DNA from: Candidatus Pacearchaeota archaeon
GTDB lineage: Archaea > Nanobdellota > Nanobdellia > Pacearchaeales > GW2011-AR1
Direction: 5' to 3'
NCBI GenBank assembly: GCA_964202455.1
Contig: CAXNIJ010000005.1
Coordinates: 18,171 to 82,170 of the forward strand
DNA length: 64,000 nt
Shown here: positions 36,938 through 45,137 of the stretch, piece by piece
How positions within the stretch are numbered: position 1 is the stretch's first letter
Layout: each line of letters opens with the position of its first letter
Program-made: the position numbers and the translations under genes
Notes under the pieces: model-generated
The model's input: the letters and a program-made list of their open reading frames with translations, nothing else
What the model was told of the DNA's origin: nothing
The model's database searches: none

Positions 36938-38962
36938 ATGGATAAAAAGAAGAAACAAGAAGAACTACTGCTTGAGGCAAAGAACTTTTTTGATGCACAT
37001 AAAAAAGAATTAGCTTCGAATATTCGTTCCGAACAAAGAGTTATCAATTTGAGTTTTCAACAACTTAGTGAATTTTCTCCGACTCTTTCTCAGAGTGTTC
37101 TTGAGACTCCAGAACAGACGATTGCAGTACTTGAGACTGCTCTGGATGAATCTGAACTTTTGAGAAATCCCAGAGTAAGGTTTTCCGATGTTTCTCGTGA
37201 TGCATTTGTCAAAGTAAGAGAAATTCGCGCTAAACATCTCGATTTATTTATTTGGATTGAAGGAATAGTTAGATTGGCCTCTGATGTTCGACCACAAGTT
37301 GTGAATGCTAAATTTGAATGTCCTAATTGTGGGGCAACATTATCTGTCTTGCAAATTGAGAAGAAATTTCGCGAGCCGAGCAGATGTACTTGTGGATGGA
37401 AAAGTTCATTTAAATTGCTTTCTAAGGAGATGGTCGATACTCAGAGACTCGTTATTGAAGAATCTCCAGACTCTATGGATGGAGGAGAACAACCAAGAAG
37501 AATAAATGTATTTCTTAAGGAAGATTTAGTTGATCCTCGTATGGAAGAAAGAACTACTCCTGGAAGTAAAGTTAAAGTATTTGGAGTTTTGAAAGAAGTT
37601 CCGGTTCCACTTCAAACAGGAGCCATATCTACGAGATATGACATTGCTATTGAAGCAAATAACATAATTCCACTTGAGGAATCTTTTGAAAACTTAAATG
37701 TTACAGATGAAGAAGTTGAACAAATAATTGAACTAAGTGCCGATCCAAAAATACTTGATAAACTTACAAAAAGCATAGCTCCAAGTATCTATGGTACTCC
37801 CGTTTTTGATAGAATTAAAGAAGCAGTATTGCTTCAGCTATTTGGAGGAGTGAAGAAAGTTAAATCTGACAAAGGATCTACAAGAGGAGATATACACATT
37901 CTTCTTGTCGGAGATCCTGGAGTAGCTAAGTCAGTGTTACTTAAATTTACATCACTTATTGCTCCTAAAGGGAGATATGTTTCTGGTAAAGCGGCAACTG
38001 CTGCAGGATTGACTGCTGCAGTAGTTAAAGATGAATTTTTGAGGGGATGGTCATTAGAAGCAGGAGCGATGGTTCTCGCCAATAGGGGAATGGTGTGTAT
38101 TGATGAGATAGAAAAAATGAATGAACAGGATAGAAGTGCGATGCATGAAGCAATGGAACAACAGACGGTGACTATTGCTAAAGCAAATATTCATGCAACT
38201 CTACGTTCTGAAACTACGGTACTTGCTGCGGGAAATCCAAAGTTAGGAAGATTCGATCCATATACACCAATTCCTCAACAAATTGATATTTCTCCAGCAC
38301 TTTTAAGCAGGTTTGATGTTATTTTTGTGATAAAAGATATTCCAAATAAAGCACAAGATGAAGCTATTGCTTCTCACGTTCTTGAAGAACATCAACAGCG
38401 AGTTGTTCGTGATATTATTGAACCAAAATTATTAAGAAAATACGTTTCTTATGCGAAACAAAAATATAAACCGAAGTTAACTGATGAAGCTGTTGAAGAA
38501 ATAAAAGAGTTTTATGTTAAATTAAGAAATCAATCAGTTAATGTGGACTCTGCTGTGAAACCTATTCCAATTACCGCGCGTCAACTTGAAGGAATTGTTC
38601 GTTTATCTGAAGCGCATGCTAAAATGAGATTGAGTAGCGAAGTAAAAAGATCAGATGCGAGGAAAGCAATAGATTTACTTAAGATGTCATTGACTCAGGT
38701 AGGATACGATGAAGAGACGAAGACTTTTGATATAGATAGAGTAACTACCGGAATTAGTTCTTCAAAGCGTGGGAAAATTATCAATGTGAAGGAGGCAATT
38801 GCGCAACTAGAGTCTAGACTAGGGAAACTGATTCCTCTTGAAGAACTAGAGAAAACTTTAGAGGGAAAAGTGAGTAAGATTGAAATTGAGGAGTCTTTAG
38901 AGCAATTAGTTAAATCTGGAGATTTGTTTAGACCGAAGAAAGGGTTTATTCAGAAGATATAA
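36938..38962 (+). CDS. mcm: Replicative helicase MCM
   Basis: Zinc motif CPNCG...CTCG, Walker A GDPGVAKS, Walker B CIDEIEKM, SRFD arginine finger, C-terminal winged helix. No intein. Confidence 0.95.
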   Translation: MDKKKKQEELLLEAKNFFDAHKKELASNIRSEQRVINLSFQQLSEFSPTLSQSVLETPEQTIAVLETALDESELLRNPRVRFSDVSRDAFVKVREIRAKHLDLFIWIEGIVRLASDVRPQVVNAKFECPNCGATLSVLQIEKKFREPSRCTCGWKSSFKLLSKEMVDTQRLVIEESPDSMDGGEQPRRINVFLKEDLVDPRMEERTTPGSKVKVFGVLKEVPVPLQTGAISTRYDIAIEANNIIPLEESFENLNVTDEEVEQIIELSADPKILDKLTKSIAPSIYGTPVFDRIKEAVLLQLFGGVKKVKSDKGSTRGDIHILLVGDPGVAKSVLLKFTSLIAPKGRYVSGKAATAAGLTAAVVKDEFLRGWSLEAGAMVLANRGMVCIDEIEKMNEQDRSAMHEAMEQQTVTIAKANIHATLRSETTVLAAGNPKLGRFDPYTPIPQQIDISPALLSRFDVIFVIKDIPNKAQDEAIASHVLEEHQQRVVRDIIEPKLLRKYVSYAKQKYKPKLTDEAVEEIKEFYVKLRNQSVNVDSAVKPIPITARQLEGIVRLSEAHAKMRLSSEVKRSDARKAIDLLKMSLTQVGYDEETKTFDIDRVTTGISSSKRGKIINVKEAIAQLESRLGKLIPLEELEKTLEGKVSKIEIEESLEQLVKSGDLFRPKKGFIQKI

Positions 38963-38963
38963 A

Positions 38964-39617
38964 ATGATTCAAAAAGAATTTTTCACTCGTGATCGTGATT
39001 CTTCCTATGTAAAGAAATGGTATTCTGTTAATTCTGCTTCTAAAAGAGATTCAACAATTAATGAATATTTTGGAAAAGTTGGAAATAATTATTTCTGCAT
39101 TCAAGAGAAGACAAATCAAATATCTCTATCTAGAGTATTCGGAAAATTAGTTCTATTTTGGAGATTTTTTTTAGATGGTCGTATTAATAACATTTCTTTT
39201 AAACTAATGGATCAAAATAGATTTTTTTCTGGAATACAAGTTTACGACGTAGATGCTTTATCATATTGGAATAAGGGAAAAGCATCTTATAGAGATCCCC
39301 CTCAAGAATCTAATGCGATACTTACAAAGATAGCGCATTTATCTACCCTAGATAAATATAAATTTCTTCTTTCGAGAATGCAAGGAGATATGATCTCTTA
39401 TCTAGCAACGTCTCAAGAAATAGAAAGTGATACCAGACTTAAACCACATCAACTCCCATTGAAAGAAATTCTTTTAAATAATCGTGTAAAACACTCTTTG
39501 GAACTTTCTGTACGATTAAGCCCTGAATTTGAAATTATTAACCCTTCAACAGTTATGATTTATTATTCTTCTGAGAGAAAAAGTTTAGACGAATCTTCAT
39601 CTATTTTTGAAACTTAA
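38964..39617 (+). CDS. Hypothetical protein, tightly coupled to mcm
   Basis: The ATG lies 1 nt after the mcm stop. No motif recognised. Confidence 0.45.
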   Translation: MIQKEFFTRDRDSSYVKKWYSVNSASKRDSTINEYFGKVGNNYFCIQEKTNQISLSRVFGKLVLFWRFFLDGRINNISFKLMDQNRFFSGIQVYDVDALSYWNKGKASYRDPPQESNAILTKIAHLSTLDKYKFLLSRMQGDMISYLATSQEIESDTRLKPHQLPLKEILLNNRVKHSLELSVRLSPEFEIINPSTVMIYYSSERKSLDESSSIFET

Positions 39618-39699
39618 GAGATTGCATTATTTGAGGTCAAAGAATTTGACATAAAAATAGCACATAAAAACTTAAAAGGGATGGATTGTAAATAAATAA

Positions 39700-40323
39700 A
39701 TGGAACAACAAACACAACAAAATTTTAAAAGAAATATTGCTTACAAATATCATATTAGTTCGATTGTATCTGGGAAGCCTGTGATGGAGAATGAGAGAAT
39801 AAAGTTTCTCGAGATTGGAGCTCAAAATGTTGTGCGAGTGAATGTTATCGCCAATATAGTAGATAAGTATATTCAGGAAGGAGAGAAGAAATTTGGCTCT
39901 TTAACACTTGATGATGCAACTGGACAGATTAAAGTAAAGACTTTTGGAGAAGATGTTGAAAAATTTAGTATATTTAATCAGGGAGATACTATTTTAGTTA
40001 TTGGAATGCTTCGCTCGTGGAATAATGAGATCTATTTAACTCCAGATATTGTGAAGAAGAAAGACCCTTCTTTTTTACTTGTAAGGAAATTGGAGATTGA
40101 ATCTGTGAAGCCAAAGACTCACGACACTACCCAATTACGTGCTTTGAAAGATAAAGTTCTTGAAATGGTGAAAAACGCTGAGAAAGATGGAGGAGTCGAT
40201 ATTGAGAAAATTATTATTGAATCTAAAGAATCTGCACAGGTTATAAATGATGAAATAAAGAAACTTCTTGAAGATGGGCTTGTTTATGAGCCGAGGCCTG
40301 GGAAGCTTAGATGGTTAGGTTAG
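39700..40323 (+). CDS. OB-fold ssDNA-binding protein with C-terminal winged helix (RPA32-like)
   Basis: OB-fold-like VRVNVIANIVDKY...LTLDDATGQIKVKTF...ILVIGMLR and a C-terminal WH (KKLLEDGLVYEPRPGKLRWL). Confidence 0.6.
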   Translation: MEQQTQQNFKRNIAYKYHISSIVSGKPVMENERIKFLEIGAQNVVRVNVIANIVDKYIQEGEKKFGSLTLDDATGQIKVKTFGEDVEKFSIFNQGDTILVIGMLRSWNNEIYLTPDIVKKKDPSFLLVRKLEIESVKPKTHDTTQLRALKDKVLEMVKNAEKDGGVDIEKIIIESKESAQVINDEIKKLLEDGLVYEPRPGKLRWLG

Positions 40324-40552
40324 TTTCTCTTTTTGCAGAAATAATCTAAGAATTTTTTTTTCCAGGGAGAGGAACATGCCACGTTTAATAATACCAAAGT
40401 CTTGTTGAAGGAGCAATTTAATCTCTTTGTCAGTATAATAGAAAACTATCTTTGACTGCCTTTTTTGAATTGGACGAAATTCTCATGTGTTCTTTCTTTA
40501 ATGAAAGAAAAATATAACTGTTATTCAGTCTGCAACTACTAGAATTATTTTA

Positions 40553-40860
40553 TGTCAAGAAACTTGACGCAAACTCCAGCCGTCAAGAATTCTTTAATTC
40601 TTGAGCGCCATCAGAAACCAAGAGTTTCTGAGGTCCAAAGCACGAGCGCTTATTCAAACCCCAACTCATCAAAAATCTTCAATCGTCAAGAATCTTTGAT
40701 TCTTGAGCGCACTCAAGAATACGAAGAAAGAGTATTCTTGATGTCTTGAGTGCCGTCAAAGATAAATGTCTTTGAGGCTAAGAAACTCTTCGAGTTTCGA
40801 GGCGATCAGAAACTTTCAGTTTCTGACGTTTAAGTTGGGGTAGCGCATCGTGCTTTTGAT
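40553..40860 (+). repeat. Mosaic hairpin element, copy F (longest, composite)
   Basis: Head tgtcaagaaacttgacg. About 9 hairpin modules. An internal inverted copy of the tail lies around 40626-40690. Tail cgtttaagttggggtagcgcatcgtgcttttgat. Confidence 0.9.
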
Positions 40861-40947
40861 TCTCTTTTTCTTTGAAGATGAAATAATCTTCTTCTGGATG
40901 GTTAATGTGAGAATATTTTAGATTTTCTAAAGTGAATGCGACAATTT

Positions 40948-41532
40948 TCATTTACGATTCTTTTCTACTTTTTTGTTAATTTTAAGAGTTATCCAGATGA
41001 GAAATACTAGGGCTAGAAGGAGAAGAAGAAAACGCCAAATGTCCGAGAGATTATCCCAGTTTCTTGTAGAGCCGTAAAATATGGCTCCAATGCCTGAGGC
41101 GATGAGAGCACTACTTACAGGATCTACGGATAGAATACCATATCCAATGAGTAAGGTGATAATGCCAATGATAAGTGCAATTATGAATACTGTTTTGTCA
41201 TGAGGTCTTCTTGCATCTTCAAAGTTTTTGTTGCAAAAGTTACATTCTTTTATAGATGAAGTGCAACCAGAATTATCGTAATCATAAATTGGAAATCCTT
41301 GACTAGCATAACATTTATCTGTTTGTTCTTGAAGAGTTTTGGAAAATGTGCAATTTACTGAGTTTATATCTGATATTTTCATAGGTGCAGTTACTGGATA
41401 TTTTCCCATGCCCTCAGTTTTACAGAAGTCTTGGTATTGCGGAGAAGGATAGAAAGCTTCGAGACCATAATTTAACATTAGGATGTAGATGATGAAGATA
41501 CCGATACCTAAGACTAGATTTTTTATATTCAT
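40948..41532 (-). CDS. Membrane protein with a Cys-rich extracytoplasmic domain
   Basis: N-terminal TM, a segment with 7 Cys, then three C-terminal TM helices. Confidence 0.45.
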   Translation of the reverse strand: MNIKNLVLGIGIFIIYILMLNYGLEAFYPSPQYQDFCKTEGMGKYPVTAPMKISDINSVNCTFSKTLQEQTDKCYASQGFPIYDYDNSGCTSSIKECNFCNKNFEDARRPHDKTVFIIALIIGIITLLIGYGILSVDPVSSALIASGIGAIFYGSTRNWDNLSDIWRFLLLLLALVFLIWITLKINKKVEKNRK

Positions 41533-41582
41533 TTTTTTAAAAAGAGGCTCAACTTTATAAACCCTTGTCGACCTTTTTTATT

Positions 41583-41993
41583 ATGGAAAGTTATGACCTA
41601 TTACTTGCACGCGCGTATGATAAGATTAAAGTTGTTTCTGGCACCGGAGAGAGATTTGAAATTCCAAAGATAGCTGGAATTGTGTCTGGAAAGAATACAA
41701 TCATCACAAATATAGGGGCCATTGCAGGATATTTGAGAAGACCTGTAGAACATCTCGCTAAATTTCTGCAGAAATCTCTTGCTACTCCGGGGAAAATCGA
41801 TGGAGATAGGCTTATTTTGAATACTAAATTAAGTTCTTTGAAAGTGAGCGACAAGATAACAATATATGCTAAAGAGTTTGTTCTTTGTGGACAATGTGGG
41901 AAGCCAGATACCGAAGTTATTTCTGAGAAAGGGATAAAATTTAAACATTGCTTGGCTTGCGGAGCAAAGTCGTCAATAAAACATTCCATATAA
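41583..41993 (+). CDS. Translation initiation factor aIF2 beta
   Basis: eIF2-beta/eIF5-type core and C-terminal zinc ribbon CGQCGKPDT...CLACGA. ATG 41583 preferred over the TTG at 41565; the TATA-like ctttataaa lies about 27 nt upstream. Confidence 0.9.
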   Translation: MESYDLLLARAYDKIKVVSGTGERFEIPKIAGIVSGKNTIITNIGAIAGYLRRPVEHLAKFLQKSLATPGKIDGDRLILNTKLSSLKVSDKITIYAKEFVLCGQCGKPDTEVISEKGIKFKHCLACGAKSSIKHSI

Positions 41994-42289
41994 TGCTTCT
42001 TAAAATTCATAAGTCTTACAGAGGTGTTGTTGCTCTAGTAGATTCTTCATTACTTGGGAAAAGATTTGAAGAAGGGAAAAGACAACTAGATATTAAAGAG
42101 CATTTTTTTAAGGGAGAAGAAGTTGATCGCGAGAAAGCGATATTTATTCTTCAAAGTCAACTTCGTGAAGATGCAACATTTTATATTGTTGGACAGGAGG
42201 CGATTAAATGCTCCATAGAGGCAGAAGTTATTGATGAAGGAGATGTGATAACTATTCAAGGCGTGCCATTTGCGCTTAAATTGTTCTAA
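41993..42289 (+). CDS. DUF424-like small archaeal protein
   Basis: MLLKIHKSYRGVVALVDSSLLGKRFEEG resembles the DUF424 N-terminus. The start overlaps the aIF2-beta stop. Confidence 0.55.
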   Translation: MLLKIHKSYRGVVALVDSSLLGKRFEEGKRQLDIKEHFFKGEEVDREKAIFILQSQLREDATFYIVGQEAIKCSIEAEVIDEGDVITIQGVPFALKLF

Positions 42290-42326
42290 CCGTTACTTTA
42301 AATAACCCCAATTTCTTTATTTTATC

Positions 42327-42821
42327 ATGGAAACTATGTATTTTCCCAGAATAATTGAATTACGAAGAGAGAAAGAAATGCTTGAGCGAAAGCTAGGAGT
42401 AAAGATTATAATTGAAGGGAAGAAAGCTATCGTTGATGGAGAAGCCCTTAAAGAGTATGAGGCAGTGCTTGTTCTTGAGGCAATGCAGTTTGGATTTTCT
42501 GCTAAGAAAGCAATACTATTAAAGAGCGAGAACTTAATTTTTAGAAAATTACATATAAAGAGTTTTACAAGAAGGAAAGATCTTTCTATTGTGCGCGGGA
42601 GAGTTATTGGAAAAGAAGGAAAAACTAAAAATGCTTTAGAAAATATCTCTGGATGTGAAATTATGGTTAAAGATGATTCAGTAGGATTGATTGGATCTGC
42701 GGAGTCAATTGAAGAAGCTACGACTGCATTAACTAACTTGATCAGAGGGTCGAAACAATCGAACGTTTACAGATTTCTAGAAAGAATGAATGCTGCTAAA
42801 AAGCAGATGGGAAATGAATAG
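42327..42821 (+). CDS. KH-domain RNA-binding protein (Pno1/Dim2-like)
   Basis: Two KH-like segments, including RVIGKEGKTKNALENISGCEI (GxxG loop). Confidence 0.6.
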   Translation: METMYFPRIIELRREKEMLERKLGVKIIIEGKKAIVDGEALKEYEAVLVLEAMQFGFSAKKAILLKSENLIFRKLHIKSFTRRKDLSIVRGRVIGKEGKTKNALENISGCEIMVKDDSVGLIGSAESIEEATTALTNLIRGSKQSNVYRFLERMNAAKKQMGNE

Positions 42822-43155
42822 AAAAATTAAAATGGTTTTTGAAGATCAAAAAGAAATTATTATTTCTTTTTTTTCTTAGTTATAGTTTTTCTTTTTGCAG
42901 CCATTTTGTTTCCTTTGTATATTTAATATGTACAACTTATATATAAACATATGCCGAATTTTTCTAAAAATAAGAAATTTAAAAACTACTGAAGTTATTT
43001 ATCGACGGAGAAAATTTATTAAGATTTTTAGAATTTTTTCAATATTAAGAAACTAAATATAAAAAAAATCTTAATTTTTTTGGCTCTAAAAAACCTTTTA
43101 GGTTTTTGGGACCAGAAAAGCTCTGCTTTTCTTGGTTTAAAAGTCAGAATAGGAA

Positions 43156-43166
43156 CTTTTAAATAA
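43156..43166 (+). promoter_or_regulatory. TATA-box-like cttttaaataa, about 28 nt upstream of tRNA-Asn
   Basis: Read directly. Confidence 0.5.
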
Positions 43167-43188
43167 CAATCTTCTTATTCTTTTTTAA

Positions 43189-43261
43189 GTCCCCTTAGCT
43201 CAGCCGGTAGAGCATCTGACTGTTAATCAGAGGGTCGGAGGTTCGAGTCCTCCAGGGGACG
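43189..43261 (+). tRNA. tRNA-Asn(GUU)
   Basis: Hand-folded. GTCCCCT/AGGGGAC acceptor, GCTC..GAGC D stem, TCTGA-CTGTTAA-TCAGA, GGAGG-TTCGAGT-CCTCC. No CCA. Confidence 0.9.
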
Positions 43262-43265
43262 TTTC

Positions 43266-43481
43266 TTATTTAAGGAAGAAGTAAAGAGCCACAATGATTA
43301 ATAGCGCAAATGTTATTCCAGATATCCAAATCAATCTTTTTATCGCTCTTTCTTTTCTTTTCCGTTCATCTGATTTTTGATATGCGAGTTCTATTTCTTT
43401 TTTTTCTTTATCACCCAGTTTAGCTTGCTCTCCAGAGTAACGAAAGCGCATCAAACCGCCAGTTTCTACTTCTTCTACCAT
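43266..43481 (-). CDS. Small protein with a C-terminal TM helix
   Basis: ORF; the WISGITFALLIIVALYFFL hydrophobic segment. Confidence 0.4.
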   Translation of the reverse strand: MVEEVETGGLMRFRYSGEQAKLGDKEKKEIELAYQKSDERKRKERAIKRLIWISGITFALLIIVALYFFLK

Positions 43482-43531
43482 GTTTTTATGTGGATAAAAA
43501 CATACTTAAAGTTTGTGTAAGAATAAATTAT

Positions 43532-44620
43532 ATGAAATCTAAAGAAACAGTTGTACTTGGACTCTCAGGAGGAGTAGATTCGAGTGTGGCTGGACTATTA
43601 CTTAAGAAGAAAGGATACAATGTAATTGGAGTGTTTCTCAAATTGTATTCAGATACGAAGCATCCTTTGACAGGGGAATGTGCATATCTTGAAGATTTGA
43701 AAATGGCGAAGAAAATTGCTTTGCTGTTAGACATTAAATTATATGTTTTGGATTTTGAGAAAGAGTATAAGAAACTTGTGCTAGAACCCATGTTCGAAAA
43801 ATATAGAAAAGGAAAAACTCCGAATCCAGATATTTTGTGTAATAAACTGATGAAATTTCCTCTACTGATAAAATCAGCTGGGAAGTATAATGCCGATTTT
43901 ATTGCCACGGGACATTATGCTAGGATAAAAAAAACGTCCAAAGGAATTCAGCTTTTTACCGGAAAAGATAAAACCAAAGATCAATCTTATTTTTTGGCAG
44001 ATTTATCAATCAAAGAATTGAAAAAAGCAATTTTTCCTTTGGGAGAACTTACTAAAAAAGAAGTTAGAGAAATAGCTAAAGAAAATGGATTTCCAAATTG
44101 GAATAAACATGGGACTACAGGGATTTGTTTTGTTGGACAAGATAATATGCAAGAATTACTTAGAGAGAATATTAAAGTGAAGATGGGAGAGGTGTTTGAT
44201 GATACTGGAAGAAAAATTGGAATACATCAAGGCGTTGCTTATTATACGATAGGTCAGAAAGCTTTGCCCAGTATAGGTATTGAAATTAAGAAACCGTCAG
44301 GATTTGAACAGCAAAGGTTATATGTTGCGCAGAAAGACTTAAAGAGAAATAAATTGATTGTTACTTCTGAAGAAAGTTTGCTTTTGAAGAAGAAAGAAAT
44401 TAGACTGAAAAACTTACATTTTATTAACAAAGAGAGAATGATTCTGTCAGGACTTAAGGCACGTTTAAGGCATTTAGGTCAATATTACAATGGCAAAATT
44501 ATTAAGAGTAAAAATAATTATTCTTTTGTTTTTAATCGCCCTGTTTCATCTATTGCCTCGGGACAGATAGCTGTTTTTTATCTAGGCGAACATGTTGCAG
44601 GATGTGGGGAAATAGTTTAA
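43532..44620 (+). CDS. mnmA: tRNA-specific 2-thiouridylase MnmA (bacterial type)
   Basis: PP-loop LGLSGGVDSSV, NPDILCNKLMKF, ATGHYAR, KDQSYFL. ATG 43532 preferred. Confidence 0.9.
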   Translation: MKSKETVVLGLSGGVDSSVAGLLLKKKGYNVIGVFLKLYSDTKHPLTGECAYLEDLKMAKKIALLLDIKLYVLDFEKEYKKLVLEPMFEKYRKGKTPNPDILCNKLMKFPLLIKSAGKYNADFIATGHYARIKKTSKGIQLFTGKDKTKDQSYFLADLSIKELKKAIFPLGELTKKEVREIAKENGFPNWNKHGTTGICFVGQDNMQELLRENIKVKMGEVFDDTGRKIGIHQGVAYYTIGQKALPSIGIEIKKPSGFEQQRLYVAQKDLKRNKLIVTSEESLLLKKKEIRLKNLHFINKERMILSGLKARLRHLGQYYNGKIIKSKNNYSFVFNRPVSSIASGQIAVFYLGEHVAGCGEIV

Positions 44621-44644
44621 ATAGTCTAAAAATGCAAGAATTTT

Positions 44645-45079
44645 ATGGATTATATTGTTCGTTCACCCGAAAGCATTTATGAATGGAGTGCTTATTTTCA
44701 ATTACGTTGGCAAAATTTAAGACAACCTTGGGGACAACCTTTAGGGAGTGAACAAGATAATTTTGAAGGAGAATCTTTTCATTTGATGGCTATAAGGGGA
44801 GAAGAGATGCTAGGTGTTGGTCGCATTCATTTAGTTTCTTCTTTTCAAGCACAAGTGAGATATATGGCTGTTAAACCCGAATCTAGGGGTATGAATGTTG
44901 GTAAAAGTATACTTCAGGGATTAGAAAATTATGCTAGTAAAGTAAGTACTAGAATGATAGTTCTCAATGCACGAGAAGAAGCTCTGAAATTTTATAAGAA
45001 AAATGGATATTTTGTGACTGGAGAAGGGGAAACTCTTTTTGAAAGTATTAGACATTGGAAGATGCAGAAAAATTTGTAG
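44645..45079 (+). CDS. GNAT-family N-acetyltransferase
   Basis: RYMAVKPESRGMNVGKSIL (acetyl-CoA-binding R/QxxGxG/A-like) and the C-terminal FYKKNGY. Confidence 0.8.
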   Translation: MDYIVRSPESIYEWSAYFQLRWQNLRQPWGQPLGSEQDNFEGESFHLMAIRGEEMLGVGRIHLVSSFQAQVRYMAVKPESRGMNVGKSILQGLENYASKVSTRMIVLNAREEALKFYKKNGYFVTGEGETLFESIRHWKMQKNL

Positions 45080-45137
45080 TCTTTTTTTAGTTATAACTAC
45101 GATTTATAAAGACAATCTCATTTGTTTTTTTGTTGTC

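Noticed and set aside
40324-40480. Possible frameshifted small minus-strand gene (MRISSNSKKAVKDSF... / ...YTDKEIKLLLQQDFGIIKRGMFLSLEKK...)
   Set aside because: It needs a frameshift, has no recognisable family, and is very short. The evidence is insufficient.
40552-40749. 65-aa ORF (MSRNLTQTPAV...) from the ORF track
   Set aside because: It lies entirely inside mosaic repeat copy F. The corresponding frames are interrupted or shifted in copies A, B, D and E, so no coding conservation is seen. It is treated as spurious.
20675-40860. Could the hairpin arrays be CRISPR arrays?
   Set aside because: The units are different hairpins rather than one identical repeat. There are no uniform-length unique spacers. 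Copies are dispersed with conserved head and tail sequences. No cas genes are visible in the window.
41591-42010. 139-aa ORF antisense to aIF2-beta
   Set aside because: Shadow ORF opposite a confidently identified gene.
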